A DNA stretch of 64,000 nucleotides. It comes from Thermoanaerobaculia bacterium (GTDB lineage: Bacteria; Acidobacteriota; Thermoanaerobaculia; Gp7-AA8). This document shows positions 44,409 through 55,289 of this stretch, in pieces. The notes under the pieces are model-generated. The model did not search any database and had not been told where the DNA came from. It saw only the letters and a list, made by a program, of their open reading frames with translations. A program made the position numbers and the translations under genes. Every line of letters starts with the position of its first letter. Within the stretch, counting starts at the first letter, position 1. The stretch covers positions 264,187-328,186 of the forward strand of contig DASQJY010000028.1 in NCBI GenBank assembly GCA_035630815.1, read 5' to 3'.

Positions 44409-44638
44409 AGGGCGTCGGTCGACTCGGATTCGATCGGAACGAAGAACCCTTTCTCGGGACACGCGAGCAGCCAGTCGACGACGCCTTCATTGGGCGGGGG
44501 CGTTCGTCTCACGAGCCGATACTCGCCACGATCGAGACGCTCGACGGTGAACTCCTCGCCGGCCTCGATCTGATCCTGCTCGCGGAGCTCGGCGGGAAGT
44601 ACGATCTGGCCTTTCGACGATACGGTCGTCTTCATCAA
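44405..44638 (-). CDS. vapB: AbrB/SpoVT-type antitoxin VapB
   Basis: MKTTVSSKGQIVLPAELREQDQIEAGEEFTVE is a swapped-hairpin AbrB motif. Located upstream of and overlapping vapC. Confidence 0.8.
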   Translation of the reverse strand: MMKTTVSSKGQIVLPAELREQDQIEAGEEFTVERLDRGEYRLVRRTPPPNEGVVDWLLACPEKGFFVPIESESTDAL

Positions 44639-44695
44639 GAAGTAAGATAACGTCTTACACCGAAACAGTCAAACGCCTGCGCTCGGATCTCACCA

Positions 44696-46230
44696 CTACC
44701 TGCGCAGGTCGTATGCGTGGAACGCGTATGCGAGCGCAAAGAACCCGAGCGTGAGCGCGGCGTAGGCTGCGGTCACCTGCGGAGTGGCCACGCCGTTCCA
44801 GCCTGCAAAGTCGAGGGATGGTGAGCCGCCTTTGTCGCTCATGGCGATGTAAAAGAACGTCAGGAAGGCGAGCAGGAAGGTTTTCGGGTTGGCGCTGGTG
44901 ATGCCGAGGGCGGTGGCGGCGGCGGCGAGAAACAATAACCCGACGATCGACGCGAGAGCCGACGACGGGCGGGCGGCGATCGTGCGCGCGAGGGGGATGG
45001 CGAGGAAGGCCAGGGCTACATAGAGGGTGGAGAGGAACTTCCAGAGGACGAAGCGTTCGCGCAGGCCGGGCATGGCGAAGACCAGCGACGTGGTGGCGGC
45101 GCGTTTTTCGCGCGAGGCGATGTCGGCGAGGGCGACGGCGCAGGCGGCGAAGGCGAATGGGAGGACGGCGGTGGGGCTCGCGGTCAGGGAGGCGATGGCC
45201 AGGGCGATGATGGCCACGGCGGCCAGGGGGAAGGCGGCGATGGTGGCCATGGCGTCGGTGAGGGCGGCGCGTGGGATGGATGCGCCGCCGGGGAGGCGGT
45301 CTGCATAGACGAAGAGGCGGGCGAACGGCTTCGAGAGCGCGTTGAGGCGGCCGAGCCAGGTGCGGCGGGTTTGTTCGTTCGGAAGCGCGCGCACGCGGGC
45401 GGGGTCGAAGCGGTGGAAGAAGAGCCGCGCGACGAAGAGCAGGGTCAGGGGGAGCAGGGTGGCGGCGATGCGCGGGAGGAGCCAGCCCTCCCCTACTCCG
45501 AGGCCATCGAAGACGGCGATGCCGCGCGCGGCGTCGAAGTCGGAGGCGCCGATGGTGACCGAGGTGGTGTGGAACGCGGCTTTCATCTGCTGCAGCACGA
45601 AGCCGAGGCCCGCGAAGTCGAGCGCGGTGCTGCTCGAAGCGCCCGCGGCCATCCCTCCCATCCAGAGGAAGAAGTAGAGGACGTCGCCCGCCTTGCCGCG
45701 CAGGAGCGGCGTGCATTCGAAGAGGATGGCCAGGGCGGAGACGGCGGCGATCGTCGGCGGGAGGAGCAGGAGGTACTGCTTCGCGAAGACGAGCGGCTCG
45801 AGCGGCGCTTCGCCTCGCACCACCACCATGGCCATGGCGGTGAGCATGTAGCCGAAGGTGAAGATGGAGAGGAAGACCACGTTGCCGGCGAACTTGCCGG
45901 CGATGTATTCGCTGCCGCGCATCGTGGTGGAGGCGATGACAAACCCGCAGCGCGTCAGCACGTCGCGGCGCAGGGCGTTGGAGACGACGTAGAAGCCGGC
46001 CAGGCCGATGAACATCGCGCCGAGGGCGGCGGTGGCGGTGCCGACGGCGGCGGAGTTGTAGAGCACGCGGCGGCCGTCGATGGTCATCAGCGCGCGGCCG
46101 GTGGCGGGGTCCGGGATCCAGAGGTACGGGATCGCGGAGAGGAGCACGAAGATGACCGCGGTCGACGGGCGGCGCAGGCGGATCTGCACGTCGGCGCGGA
46201 TGACCGCGAGCAGGCGATGAACTCGAGAGC

Positions 46231-46234
<4 letters not shown>
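44696..46234 (-). CDS. ABC-2-type transporter permease (large, ~10-12 TM)
   Basis: The ATG at 46234 (ATGA overlap with the ATPase stop) gives MSSRVHRLLAVIRADVQIRL..., followed by many hydrophobic helices. Confidence 0.8.
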
Positions 46235-46962
<728 letters not shown>

Positions 46963-46990
46963 GCGCGGTTAATACGGACGATTCGCGGAG

Positions 46991-48787
46991 TTGTTGCCGG
47001 AGGAACGGCGCAGGCCTCTGCATACAATGCGTCGCGTGAAGTTCCTCCCGGCGGCGGTGGCGTTCGCGATCGCCTTTTTCGCCTTCGCGTTTCTCTTCCT
47101 CGCCGCGCCGGTGATCCCGGACGCCGATTCGTACTACCACCTCGCGGTGGCGCGCGAGTATGCGAGCGGCGGCTATCTCGAGGCGCTGCCGTGGGCGCGG
47201 GCGAGCGTGCTGGGCGAGACGTTCGGGGACAAGGAGTACCTGTTTCACGTGCTGCTGGCGCCGTTCGCGTCGTGGACGGACGCGGCGAGCGGCGGACGGC
47301 TGGCGCTGGCGCTGCTGAACGCGGCCTTCGTCGCAGCGATCACCGCATACGCCACGCGCGCGTTCGGGTGGTGGAGCCTGGCCGTGCCGCTGTGGCTATA
47401 CGTCGCCGCGCCGATGATGACGTTCCGGCTGATCCGGCTGCGTCCGGAGCTCGTGGCGCTGCTACTGCTCCTGGCGCTGCTGCGGCTGGCGTCGGAACGG
47501 CGATTCGCGTTCGTGGCGGCGGTGGCCGCGGTGTTCGCGTTGAGCTATACCGCGTTCCACGTCGTGGTCGGGCTGTCGTTCCTCTGGTTCTGCACGGTGT
47601 GGCGCGAGCGCGAGTGGCAGCTCCCGGCGGCGGCCGTGGCCGGGGCGGCGGCGGGGCTGCTCGTGCATCCCGGGTTCCCCGACAACCTGCGCATCTGGTG
47701 GATCCAGAACGTCGTCTATTTCCTGGAGAAAGGAAGGCTCGACGTCGGCAACGAGATCGCGCCGCCGACGGTCTCTCTCCTCCTCCTCACAAACCTCGGC
47801 TGGTGGGTCGGGCTGGCGCTGCTCTGGATGGGCGCGCGCGGTCTTCGTCCCGACCGGCGGCGCTTTCTCTTTACGTGCATCGCCGCCGGCGTCTTCGCGC
47901 TGCTGACGGTGGCGATGCAGCGGATGGCGGTGTACTTCGTGCCGCTCGCGACGCTGGCGGCGATCGTGAGGCTGGAAGCGCGTCCGGTGCGGCCGCGCGC
48001 ACGCTTTGCGCTCGCGCTCCTCGCGACGGCGGCGTTGTCGCTGCCGGCGTCCGTGAAGATCTACCGCGACCTGCTCCCCGACCAAAGATACGACCAGGGA
48101 TACGAGGCGGATTACACGGCGTTCGGCAAGGCCGTCCCCGCCGGCGCGAAGGTGGCGGCGCATTGGGGGCCGGCGGAGTTCTACACGTTCTTCGCTCCAC
48201 AAGGTCGATACCTGAACGTGCTCGATCCGGTGTTCATGGCAGTCCGGGATCCCGAGCTGTACGAGGTGCAGCGGCGGGTGTTCGATGGGACGGCGCCTGA
48301 TGTGCCGGGTGCAGTGAAGCGCGTCCTCGACAGCGACTACCTCGCGTTCGACGTCACGACACCGCTCTTCGAGCGCGTCCAGTTCGATCCGCGCGTCGTC
48401 CCGCTCTACAACGGCTACACGTTCCTCGGGCGCATCGACGCGCGGGAGATGCACCGGTTCGTGCGCGACTGGCGCGGGTACGCGTTCGCGTCCCCGTTCG
48501 AGGCGTACGTCGATGCGGCGCGTCTGTCGCGGACGCGGTGTACGCGGCTCGTGCGGGAGGAAACGCTCGCGGAGCCGGTCACGCGCATCTACGAGCTCGC
48601 GCCATTTGGTCCTGCCGAGCTGCGCATCGGCGAAGCGATCCGCGTGCGCGCGCCCGGCGTTGGGGCGATGCTCGGGAAGGGGACGCGGTTCCGGGTGCGG
48701 CTCGGTGCAGGGACGCAGCGCTTCACGGTCACGACGTGCCCTGCAGCGGGAAAGAACGGGTTTTATCTGGTGCGGCGGGATGGGTGA
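46991..48787 (+). CDS. polytopic membrane protein with C-terminal soluble domain, possible GT-C-fold glycosyltransferase
   Basis: ~12 hydrophobic helices. The first-loop motif IPDADSYYHLAVAR is reminiscent of the DxD loop of PMT/STT3-type enzymes. The function call is weak. Confidence 0.65.
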   Translation: MLPEERRRPLHTMRRVKFLPAAVAFAIAFFAFAFLFLAAPVIPDADSYYHLAVAREYASGGYLEALPWARASVLGETFGDKEYLFHVLLAPFASWTDAASGGRLALALLNAAFVAAITAYATRAFGWWSLAVPLWLYVAAPMMTFRLIRLRPELVALLLLLALLRLASERRFAFVAAVAAVFALSYTAFHVVVGLSFLWFCTVWREREWQLPAAAVAGAAAGLLVHPGFPDNLRIWWIQNVVYFLEKGRLDVGNEIAPPTVSLLLLTNLGWWVGLALLWMGARGLRPDRRRFLFTCIAAGVFALLTVAMQRMAVYFVPLATLAAIVRLEARPVRPRARFALALLATAALSLPASVKIYRDLLPDQRYDQGYEADYTAFGKAVPAGAKVAAHWGPAEFYTFFAPQGRYLNVLDPVFMAVRDPELYEVQRRVFDGTAPDVPGAVKRVLDSDYLAFDVTTPLFERVQFDPRVVPLYNGYTFLGRIDAREMHRFVRDWRGYAFASPFEAYVDAARLSRTRCTRLVREETLAEPVTRIYELAPFGPAELRIGEAIRVRAPGVGAMLGKGTRFRVRLGAGTQRFTVTTCPAAGKNGFYLVRRDG

Positions 48788-48837
48788 TTGTCGCGAAGAG
48801 CGGTGGGCGAGACGCCCACCGCTCCACAGTCCGCGAG

Positions 48838-50763
48838 TCACTTGAGGTCGATGCATTGCAATCTACGGCAGAGGATGTCGCGATAGAACTTTCTCGCCGC
48901 CGAGTGTTCCTCAGCCTCGATATACCCCTGGAGGGCAGTGCTGATCGATGCGAAAGTCATTGTTGGCTTTTGTCCGCGGAGCTTCGCGAGCTCGACGTAC
49001 GTCTTCGCGGCTGCCGCCAGCGCCACGTCGGGTCGCGCCGAGATCGTATCGACGGCATAGTCGGCGTCCGCTCCCGCAGCGCCTCCTCCTATCCCGCCAA
49101 ACAGGGCGCCGCCGATCCCACGGCCCGTATGGCCGACACGCGAGCCATAACCGAAATGCGAGTACGTGTCCTGCAGCGCATGCAGGTACGTTCCAATGTC
49201 GGACGCCTGGCCGGTAGCGACGGCGGTCGCCCTGAGGGTTGCCAGCCTCTCCGTTGAGACGAAGTGAAAATCGCGCCGGGCTTGGAAATGCGTCGGAACC
49301 GTCGGGCTTCGTTCACCGTGGTCAGGTGCCTCGGTCGCAGCCGCGATCGCGGCCGCTTCCGCGGGCGTATACCCCGCGGCGATGGCCAGGAGGTTCGTGA
49401 GATCCCGATGAAAGTCGGTGCGGTACAAGCCGGTACTGTCGTAGAAGTTCACCGGCTGGTTCAGCACGTACGAGTAACGGTTCCACGTCTGTGGCCGGAA
49501 AGGGTTCGCAGCGGCGCGGTCGATCGAGAGGAAGCGCCCCCAGTTCGGGTTGTAGAAGCGGGCGTGCATGTAATCGAGGTAGGCGCTGTGCTCTCCGCCC
49601 CAGGTCTCGATGCCGTCCCGTTCGTGGCCCGTAAAATGTGCGGTCTGTTCGCGCTCGTAGCCGCGCGCGCGTTCCTGCTGGAGGCTCGTGATCTCCACGC
49701 CGAACGGAAAGTAGTCGTGCGTCGAGATCTGGCCGCCGCCGGCGTTGGTGACCAGGCGCGGCGTCCCGAGGTGGTCCAGGTGGTAGTGGCGCCGGCCGCC
49801 CTCGGCCGTTTCGCGCTGCGACGCGATCAGGCGCTGGCCGTCGTGATAGTCGTCCTCGCGCCAGAGGAAGTAATCCAACTCGACGCTTTCGTACTCGCGC
49901 ACTTTCCGGCCGCCGAGATCCCGCAGCGTCCAGCGCCAGAGACCGCCGTCGTACCCGCTCCCGGGGATGACGGCGAGCCGTTCGTCGCCTGGCGTGTAGA
50001 CGTACGTGGAATTGGACGCGTCATCGAAGTTCATCATGCCGAGCTGGTCGTAGGCGTAGCTGCTGACAGGAGAGTCGATGAGATTGCCCGCGTCGTCGTA
50101 CGCCACGCCGAGGGAGGGGGAAAGACGGTTCGTGGAGACCTCTACCGGGAGGTTGATGGTCACGCCGTCGTTGACGAGCTTCGTGAGATTTCCTACCGGA
50201 TCGTATTCATACGATTCCTGATGGGACGCGAGGCCGCTGTAGACCTTCGCGGTGGCCAGCCTGCCGATCCGGTCGTACGTGAACTGGTCCGTCTTCCCCA
50301 GCGTGTCGGGCCCGATGGACCAGACGTTGCCGGAGCCGTCGTAGGTGTAGGTGCCGCTCGTGAGGACGTCGACGCCGTTCGTGGTCAACAACGGCATCGT
50401 GGCCTCAGCGAGCGGAGCGCGGCCCCCGGCTTCACCGGCCGCGCGGCGGGCGGCGAGACCGACCACCATCCGCTGAACGCTGCGCACTTCCGCGCGCTGG
50501 CCGAGCGCGGCCGCCGCTTCGGCGGTCATCCGGACGACGAGACGCGCGCCGCTGCGCTGCTCGACCCGGGCCCCGTAGGCGGCGGGGTCGAACGCCGGCA
50601 CGCCTTTGCGGGCCGGCTGCAGCACGATGAGATAGACGTCCTGCTGGGCGGCAAAGGCGTCGGCGGCAGGCTGCTGCGCCACGAGCGTGGACTGCGCAGC
50701 AAGGACAACGACGACTGCAAGAATGCGTGACGCCGCGTGCATGATCGAATGACGCGTTTTCAT
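48838..50763 (-). CDS. secreted RHS-repeat-associated core protein with His-rich C-terminal (putative effector) domain
   Basis: The ATG at 50763 forms an ATGA overlap. Signal MKTRHSIMHAASRILAVVVVLAAQS. YD repeats (YTYDGSGNV, FTYDRIGRL, YEYDPVGNL). Core YHLDHLGTPRLVT...THDYFPFGVEI...ARFYNPNWGRFLSIDR...NRYSYVLNQPVNFYDSTGL. ~190-aa tail with HFVS...YLHALQDTYSHFGYGSRVGH. Confidence 0.9.
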   Translation of the reverse strand: MKTRHSIMHAASRILAVVVVLAAQSTLVAQQPAADAFAAQQDVYLIVLQPARKGVPAFDPAAYGARVEQRSGARLVVRMTAEAAAALGQRAEVRSVQRMVVGLAARRAAGEAGGRAPLAEATMPLLTTNGVDVLTSGTYTYDGSGNVWSIGPDTLGKTDQFTYDRIGRLATAKVYSGLASHQESYEYDPVGNLTKLVNDGVTINLPVEVSTNRLSPSLGVAYDDAGNLIDSPVSSYAYDQLGMMNFDDASNSTYVYTPGDERLAVIPGSGYDGGLWRWTLRDLGGRKVREYESVELDYFLWREDDYHDGQRLIASQRETAEGGRRHYHLDHLGTPRLVTNAGGGQISTHDYFPFGVEITSLQQERARGYEREQTAHFTGHERDGIETWGGEHSAYLDYMHARFYNPNWGRFLSIDRAAANPFRPQTWNRYSYVLNQPVNFYDSTGLYRTDFHRDLTNLLAIAAGYTPAEAAAIAAATEAPDHGERSPTVPTHFQARRDFHFVSTERLATLRATAVATGQASDIGTYLHALQDTYSHFGYGSRVGHTGRGIGGALFGGIGGGAAGADADYAVDTISARPDVALAAAAKTYVELAKLRGQKPTMTFASISTALQGYIEAEEHSAARKFYRDILCRRLQCIDLK

Positions 50764-53700
50764 TGAGTTCTCTCCCGAAGCTGCTCGATGGGCGTGAAGC
50801 GGAACCAGATCGGGACCGGGTCCGCGTACGCCGAAACCGCGAGCTCGTGTGCCTGCAGCGCGTTGTCCATCCAGGTGCGAAGGGCCGTGATGTGGGCGGC
50901 CCGGATGAAGCCGTCCGCGGCGGGTGGCGCCGTTCCGGCCGGGAGGATCGCCGCCCAGGTCAACTCGCCCAGGCCGGCGGCGGCGCGGATTGCGTTGACA
51001 GCGGAGAGGAGCTGGTCGAAGTGCCGGTAGTCGACTCGCGTGTCCGCTCCCGCCGAAAGGTATGCGATCAGCGTGGCGAGATCGTTGTTGCTGGGGGCGG
51101 ACTGGGCGCCGATGGCGGTCAGGGCGCGGACGCGATAGACGCACGCCGAGCCCGTACCGCAGGTGCTGTCGACGTACGAAAGCGACGACGTCGTGGCCAC
51201 GGCGCTGAACGTGCCGCCATTGCGGCGCTCGAGCCGGTAATTGGCGGCGCCGGGCGTCGCGGTCCATTGAACGAAGACGCTGGACGTGCCTTGACGCGTG
51301 GCTACGAGCGACGTCGGCGGGTCGAGCGGTTGCTCGGGGGTGAGGACCGCATGGGCCGATTCGACCTTGCCGCAGTTGGACGTCACGATCACCCAGAACG
51401 ACTGCTGCGCCGTGATCGGCGGGGTCGTGAAGGAGGACGAGGTGGCACCAGGGATCAGCGACTCCTCTTCGGACGACGTCGTGCCGTACCACTGGTACGA
51501 GAACGGGCCGGTGCCGGACGCGGTCACGGTGAGGTTTTTGGTGAGTCCGTGCGTCACCGGACCGGAGGACGGGCCGGAGGTAATCGTCGGCGCGGTACAG
51601 GTGCGCGAGAAACCGCTGTATGTGATCGCCTCGGGGCGTGCCAGTCCGTCGGGATCGGGAACGACCTGCTCGAGCACTCCGTTGGCGTGCGAGGTCCAGA
51701 GCCGCAGTCCGTTGGCGGCATGGTCGAGCGTGGCGAGGGACGCGCGTGCCGTGAAGGCACCGGTGGAGGAAAAGTCGCCGGCGGTCAGGCTCCTCGGTCC
51801 CCGGTCGTCATACGCGGTGCGTGTTCCGTCGTACGGAGCCTCTCCGCATGGGACGGTCGTGCAGACGGGATAGATGTGGTCGACCGGCCGGTCGAGCGCG
51901 TCGTACGCAAAGGCCTGCTCGAATTTCTGCAGATGGATTGCCGAATCGGGATCGTCGACGTACACCTGCCTGTCGACGGACGTCTCTTTGCGCGTAACCC
52001 GGCCGGCGCCGTCGCCGTAGGTCAGCGTTTCCGCGACCTTGATCAGACCGACGGTGGGAGACGGGTTGTAGCGGACGGCGGTGCGAAGCTTGCCGAGGCC
52101 GCGGTCAGACGCCGAGAGGTTGTCCTCGTAGAGCAGCTCTTTCATCGGCCGCCAGTGGTTCGCGGTGCAGGGATCGGCTACGAGCATGTTGCGAACGTCC
52201 ATCCGGCGGAGCCGCTCGGCGGCGTCGAACGTGAAATTGGTGTCGTAACGGCAGTCGGCGGTGCGCTTCTGCCTGGCGTGCCCGCGGGCATCGTAGAAGT
52301 AGGTGATGGTGCCGTTCTCGGGATTCGTTTCGGAGGTCAGGAGTCCGGCGCCGTCGTAGACGAACGAACGGGGCGCGGCGGACGACTTGTTTACGGAAGT
52401 GAGCCGGTTGCCGGCGTCGTACTCGTACGAAGTGGTGGCGACGTTCGCGCCCTCGAAATCTTCAATGACGGAGGTGAGCCGGCCGAGGAAATCGGACGTC
52501 TCCGCGGTCTTGACCCACCCCCACGTCGTCGCGGCCAGGGCGAGCATGGACGAACGGATGGTCCGGCGCGAGCTCGGATATGCGAAGGTGAACGACGTGT
52601 CGTCGGGCTGCTGTACCTCCAGCAGCCGTCCGGTCGTGTCGTAAATCCACTTCGTCTGCTTCGTGCCGGCGGGCATGGTCTCCCGCGCGCCTGTAGCCGC
52701 GGGAACGACGACCGACACGGCCGACTTGTGACCCTTCGCGTACTCGGTCCAGGTGGCGGCCCACTCGTCGGAATCGGCCGTAGAAAGGATGCGCTGCCGC
52801 TGCTGCATCACCCGGCCGAACAGGTCGTAGTGCGCGCGCGACTCGGCCATCGCGTTGACGCTGCAATTCGTCACGCCATTGGCGCAGTGCCGCGACGTGA
52901 CGCTCGGACCGGTGGTGCCGCTCGCTTCCGTGTATACGTGCTCCGTCCAGGCGCGTCCGGCGGGCCTCACGCCTGTCAAGCGGCCGAGCTGGTCGTACTT
53001 CAGCACCGTCTCCAGGCCCGCGGTGTCGCGCGTGCTGGACGGCAACCCCGAGGGAGGATCGATGGTCGCATCGAGAGCCTTGAAATTCATGCCCTCATAG
53101 CGCGTGGAGGCCAACGAGCCATATTGATAGGTGTGGTGAATGCGGTATTGCGGCGCGACGTTGCTCAGGTTTCCACTGCACGTGGCGAACCCCGCGCCGA
53201 GCGACTGCAGGTCACCGCCGTAGTACTCTTCCTGGGATACGTTTCCGTCGGTACTGCCGCCGCTCGCGTCCTGGTCCTTGAACACGGCGAGCAGGTCGAA
53301 TTCCGAGGCCGTTGCACCGCGAAGAGCACGTCTTCGCAGTAAACGGCCGTTCAGGGGATCGAAGCAGGCCTCCGTGCGGGACCGCGACAGGACCCCGGCG
53401 GTCGCGTGGACGTCCTTCGTCTCCACGAAGTCGTAGTTTTCCGTGAGCCACGACTCGCTCGGGTCGATGATGCGCACGCCATCGCTGGCCGTGGTGGGGT
53501 TGTAGTTCGTCGTGGTCACGCGTGTGACCGGGCTGTCCGATGAGCTGGTGGTGGTGGTCCGGTAATGACCGAGACCGTCGAAACCGGAGTAAACCTCGGT
53601 CGTCTCGTTTCCGTCCTCGAAGACCGTCAACCGCGATTTGAGGCGGCGGTTGTCGTCCAGGGCGGCGGCGGTCATGTCGTATTCGTACGTGACGTACGTG

Positions 53701-55289
53701 AGCCGCTTCTTGCCGTCGGGGAGCAGCGTGCGGGTGGAGATGTACATCCCCTTGTACGGGTTCGGGTCGTCCCCTGCCTGCGCCAACCGTTGCGTGAACG
53801 GCGCGCCATAATCGCGCTCGCGCGGGTAGCCGGAGGTCCAGGTCGAGAAAAAATGCGCGGTGGACGACCCGTCCGGCGCCAGGACTGTGTTGATGGACAC
53901 GGTCTTCATGTGCTCGTAGAGCGCCGAGCCGCTGTAGGTCCAGACTTCATCCGCGGCCTCGGTGGAGCCAGCGGTCTCCGTGACGTATTTCGTCCTGCGG
54001 CCTACACCCGCCGAAAAGGTCGGCGGCTGGAACTCCTCAGGCCTGACCGGATGGTGCTCGTAGTCGGGGGGAAAGCTATAGATCCGGTACTGCCATCCGT
54101 AGCGTCCCCGCGACGGCGTTCTCACTTCGATGAGACTGCCGGTGTAACTGCCGGGATTGTGGTGCGTGAGGATGTTGCTCAGTTGGTTCGGGACGGTGGT
54201 GCTGGTGACGGTGTCGCTGCGCACGCCGGCGGCGGGGGCACTCCCCTGCTGGGTCATGCCGATGTCGTAGGCCATGTCGTAGGACGAGCCGGAGGGAAGG
54301 CTCACTTTCGTGAGCAGCGGCACGAGGACCGTGGGAGACGGAAGATCCAGCGGGTCATACGGCTCCGGCCCGTCCGTCTTCTGGCGAGAGATGACCTGGT
54401 CGGAATAGGTGAAGAGGTAGTCGGCACGCTGCGAGGCGGAGCCGAAAGCAGCCAGGCTGGCCTGGCAGACTCGTTCTTTCATGAACGCGGCGTATTCGGG
54501 GCCAGTGGGGTGCAGATAGATGTAATGGGTGCGGTGTCCGTCCGCCACCTTCCAGGTCAGATAGGAGGTTCCGCACGCATCCTGATTGGCCGCCGGGATG
54601 CCGGCGGAGTTTGCGGGGTAAGGCGTGATGGTGACGGCGTTGTTGAAGCGGTCGTAGATCTTCCGGAGCGTGCCGTCGGCGGCGAATTCCCTGATCGTGC
54701 CGTCTCCCATCTCGAGCGTGTGGCTGACGATGGCTGTACCCGATTTGTTGATGGTGTGACGCATGTACGTGCCGGTGTGGCTGTAGTTGACGTCGGAGAC
54801 GTTCAGGTTGGCCGAATGGTGCAGTTGGGGATACAAATGATGATCGCTGCCGTCAGGAGCCTGATAGACCCAGTACGGCGTCCCCAGTCGCGACTCGGTC
54901 GGTGAGACCAGCCGGCCGAGCGAGAACAACCAGCCCATGCCGGCGTTCAGCTTCCGGATCGGGACGCTCCACGTCATCCATCCCCTCTGGTATTGCTGAA
55001 AAGGGCCGTCGGCGATGCGCACTTCCCTGCTCTCGTAGTCCCAGTTGTTTCCGCCGTACACGAGCTTGAACCCGTACGACAGGTTTCCTCCGGCCACATA
55101 GGTCGGCCCGACCGGGAGCGCGACGTTCAGGTTGCCGTTGAAGAGATTGATCACGTCGACGTCGCTGACGGCATACGCCTGTTGCGGCTTGACGCCTCTC
55201 TCGTTATTGGCGTGCTGTTGTGCCGCGGTGCGGTGGGCGAGCGACGCCAGGCCGCAGAAGAGGAATGCGATGAGCCTTGCGCGGCTCAT
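50760..55289 (-). CDS. 1509-aa secreted YD-repeat protein with C-terminal Ig-like and fibronectin-III domains
   Basis: Signal MSRARLIAFLFCGLASLAHRTAAQQ. YD repeats (YDQLGRLTGV, WIYDTTGRLLEV, YEYDAGNRLTSV, FVYDGAGLLTSE, YFYDARGH). GTGPFSYQWYG Ig-like domain. PPTSLVATRQGTSSVFVQWTATPGAANYRLERR...YRVRAL FN3 domain. Confidence 0.9.
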   Translation of the reverse strand: MSRARLIAFLFCGLASLAHRTAAQQHANNERGVKPQQAYAVSDVDVINLFNGNLNVALPVGPTYVAGGNLSYGFKLVYGGNNWDYESREVRIADGPFQQYQRGWMTWSVPIRKLNAGMGWLFSLGRLVSPTESRLGTPYWVYQAPDGSDHHLYPQLHHSANLNVSDVNYSHTGTYMRHTINKSGTAIVSHTLEMGDGTIREFAADGTLRKIYDRFNNAVTITPYPANSAGIPAANQDACGTSYLTWKVADGHRTHYIYLHPTGPEYAAFMKERVCQASLAAFGSASQRADYLFTYSDQVISRQKTDGPEPYDPLDLPSPTVLVPLLTKVSLPSGSSYDMAYDIGMTQQGSAPAAGVRSDTVTSTTVPNQLSNILTHHNPGSYTGSLIEVRTPSRGRYGWQYRIYSFPPDYEHHPVRPEEFQPPTFSAGVGRRTKYVTETAGSTEAADEVWTYSGSALYEHMKTVSINTVLAPDGSSTAHFFSTWTSGYPRERDYGAPFTQRLAQAGDDPNPYKGMYISTRTLLPDGKKRLTYVTYEYDMTAAALDDNRRLKSRLTVFEDGNETTEVYSGFDGLGHYRTTTTSSSDSPVTRVTTTNYNPTTASDGVRIIDPSESWLTENYDFVETKDVHATAGVLSRSRTEACFDPLNGRLLRRRALRGATASEFDLLAVFKDQDASGGSTDGNVSQEEYYGGDLQSLGAGFATCSGNLSNVAPQYRIHHTYQYGSLASTRYEGMNFKALDATIDPPSGLPSSTRDTAGLETVLKYDQLGRLTGVRPAGRAWTEHVYTEASGTTGPSVTSRHCANGVTNCSVNAMAESRAHYDLFGRVMQQRQRILSTADSDEWAATWTEYAKGHKSAVSVVVPAATGARETMPAGTKQTKWIYDTTGRLLEVQQPDDTSFTFAYPSSRRTIRSSMLALAATTWGWVKTAETSDFLGRLTSVIEDFEGANVATTSYEYDAGNRLTSVNKSSAAPRSFVYDGAGLLTSETNPENGTITYFYDARGHARQKRTADCRYDTNFTFDAAERLRRMDVRNMLVADPCTANHWRPMKELLYEDNLSASDRGLGKLRTAVRYNPSPTVGLIKVAETLTYGDGAGRVTRKETSVDRQVYVDDPDSAIHLQKFEQAFAYDALDRPVDHIYPVCTTVPCGEAPYDGTRTAYDDRGPRSLTAGDFSSTGAFTARASLATLDHAANGLRLWTSHANGVLEQVVPDPDGLARPEAITYSGFSRTCTAPTITSGPSSGPVTHGLTKNLTVTASGTGPFSYQWYGTTSSEEESLIPGATSSSFTTPPITAQQSFWVIVTSNCGKVESAHAVLTPEQPLDPPTSLVATRQGTSSVFVQWTATPGAANYRLERRNGGTFSAVATTSSLSYVDSTCGTGSACVYRVRALTAIGAQSAPSNNDLATLIAYLSAGADTRVDYRHFDQLLSAVNAIRAAAGLGELTWAAILPAGTAPPAADGFIRAAHITALRTWMDNALQAHELAVSAYADPVPIWFRFTPIEQLRERTQ

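Noticed and set aside
49264-54905. Plus-strand ORFs inside the RHS/YD genes (49264-50730, 50763-53342, 53565-54905)
   Set aside because: They are antisense shadows (R/G/V/E-rich). The minus-strand frames contain YD repeats, the RHS core and Ig/FN3 motifs.
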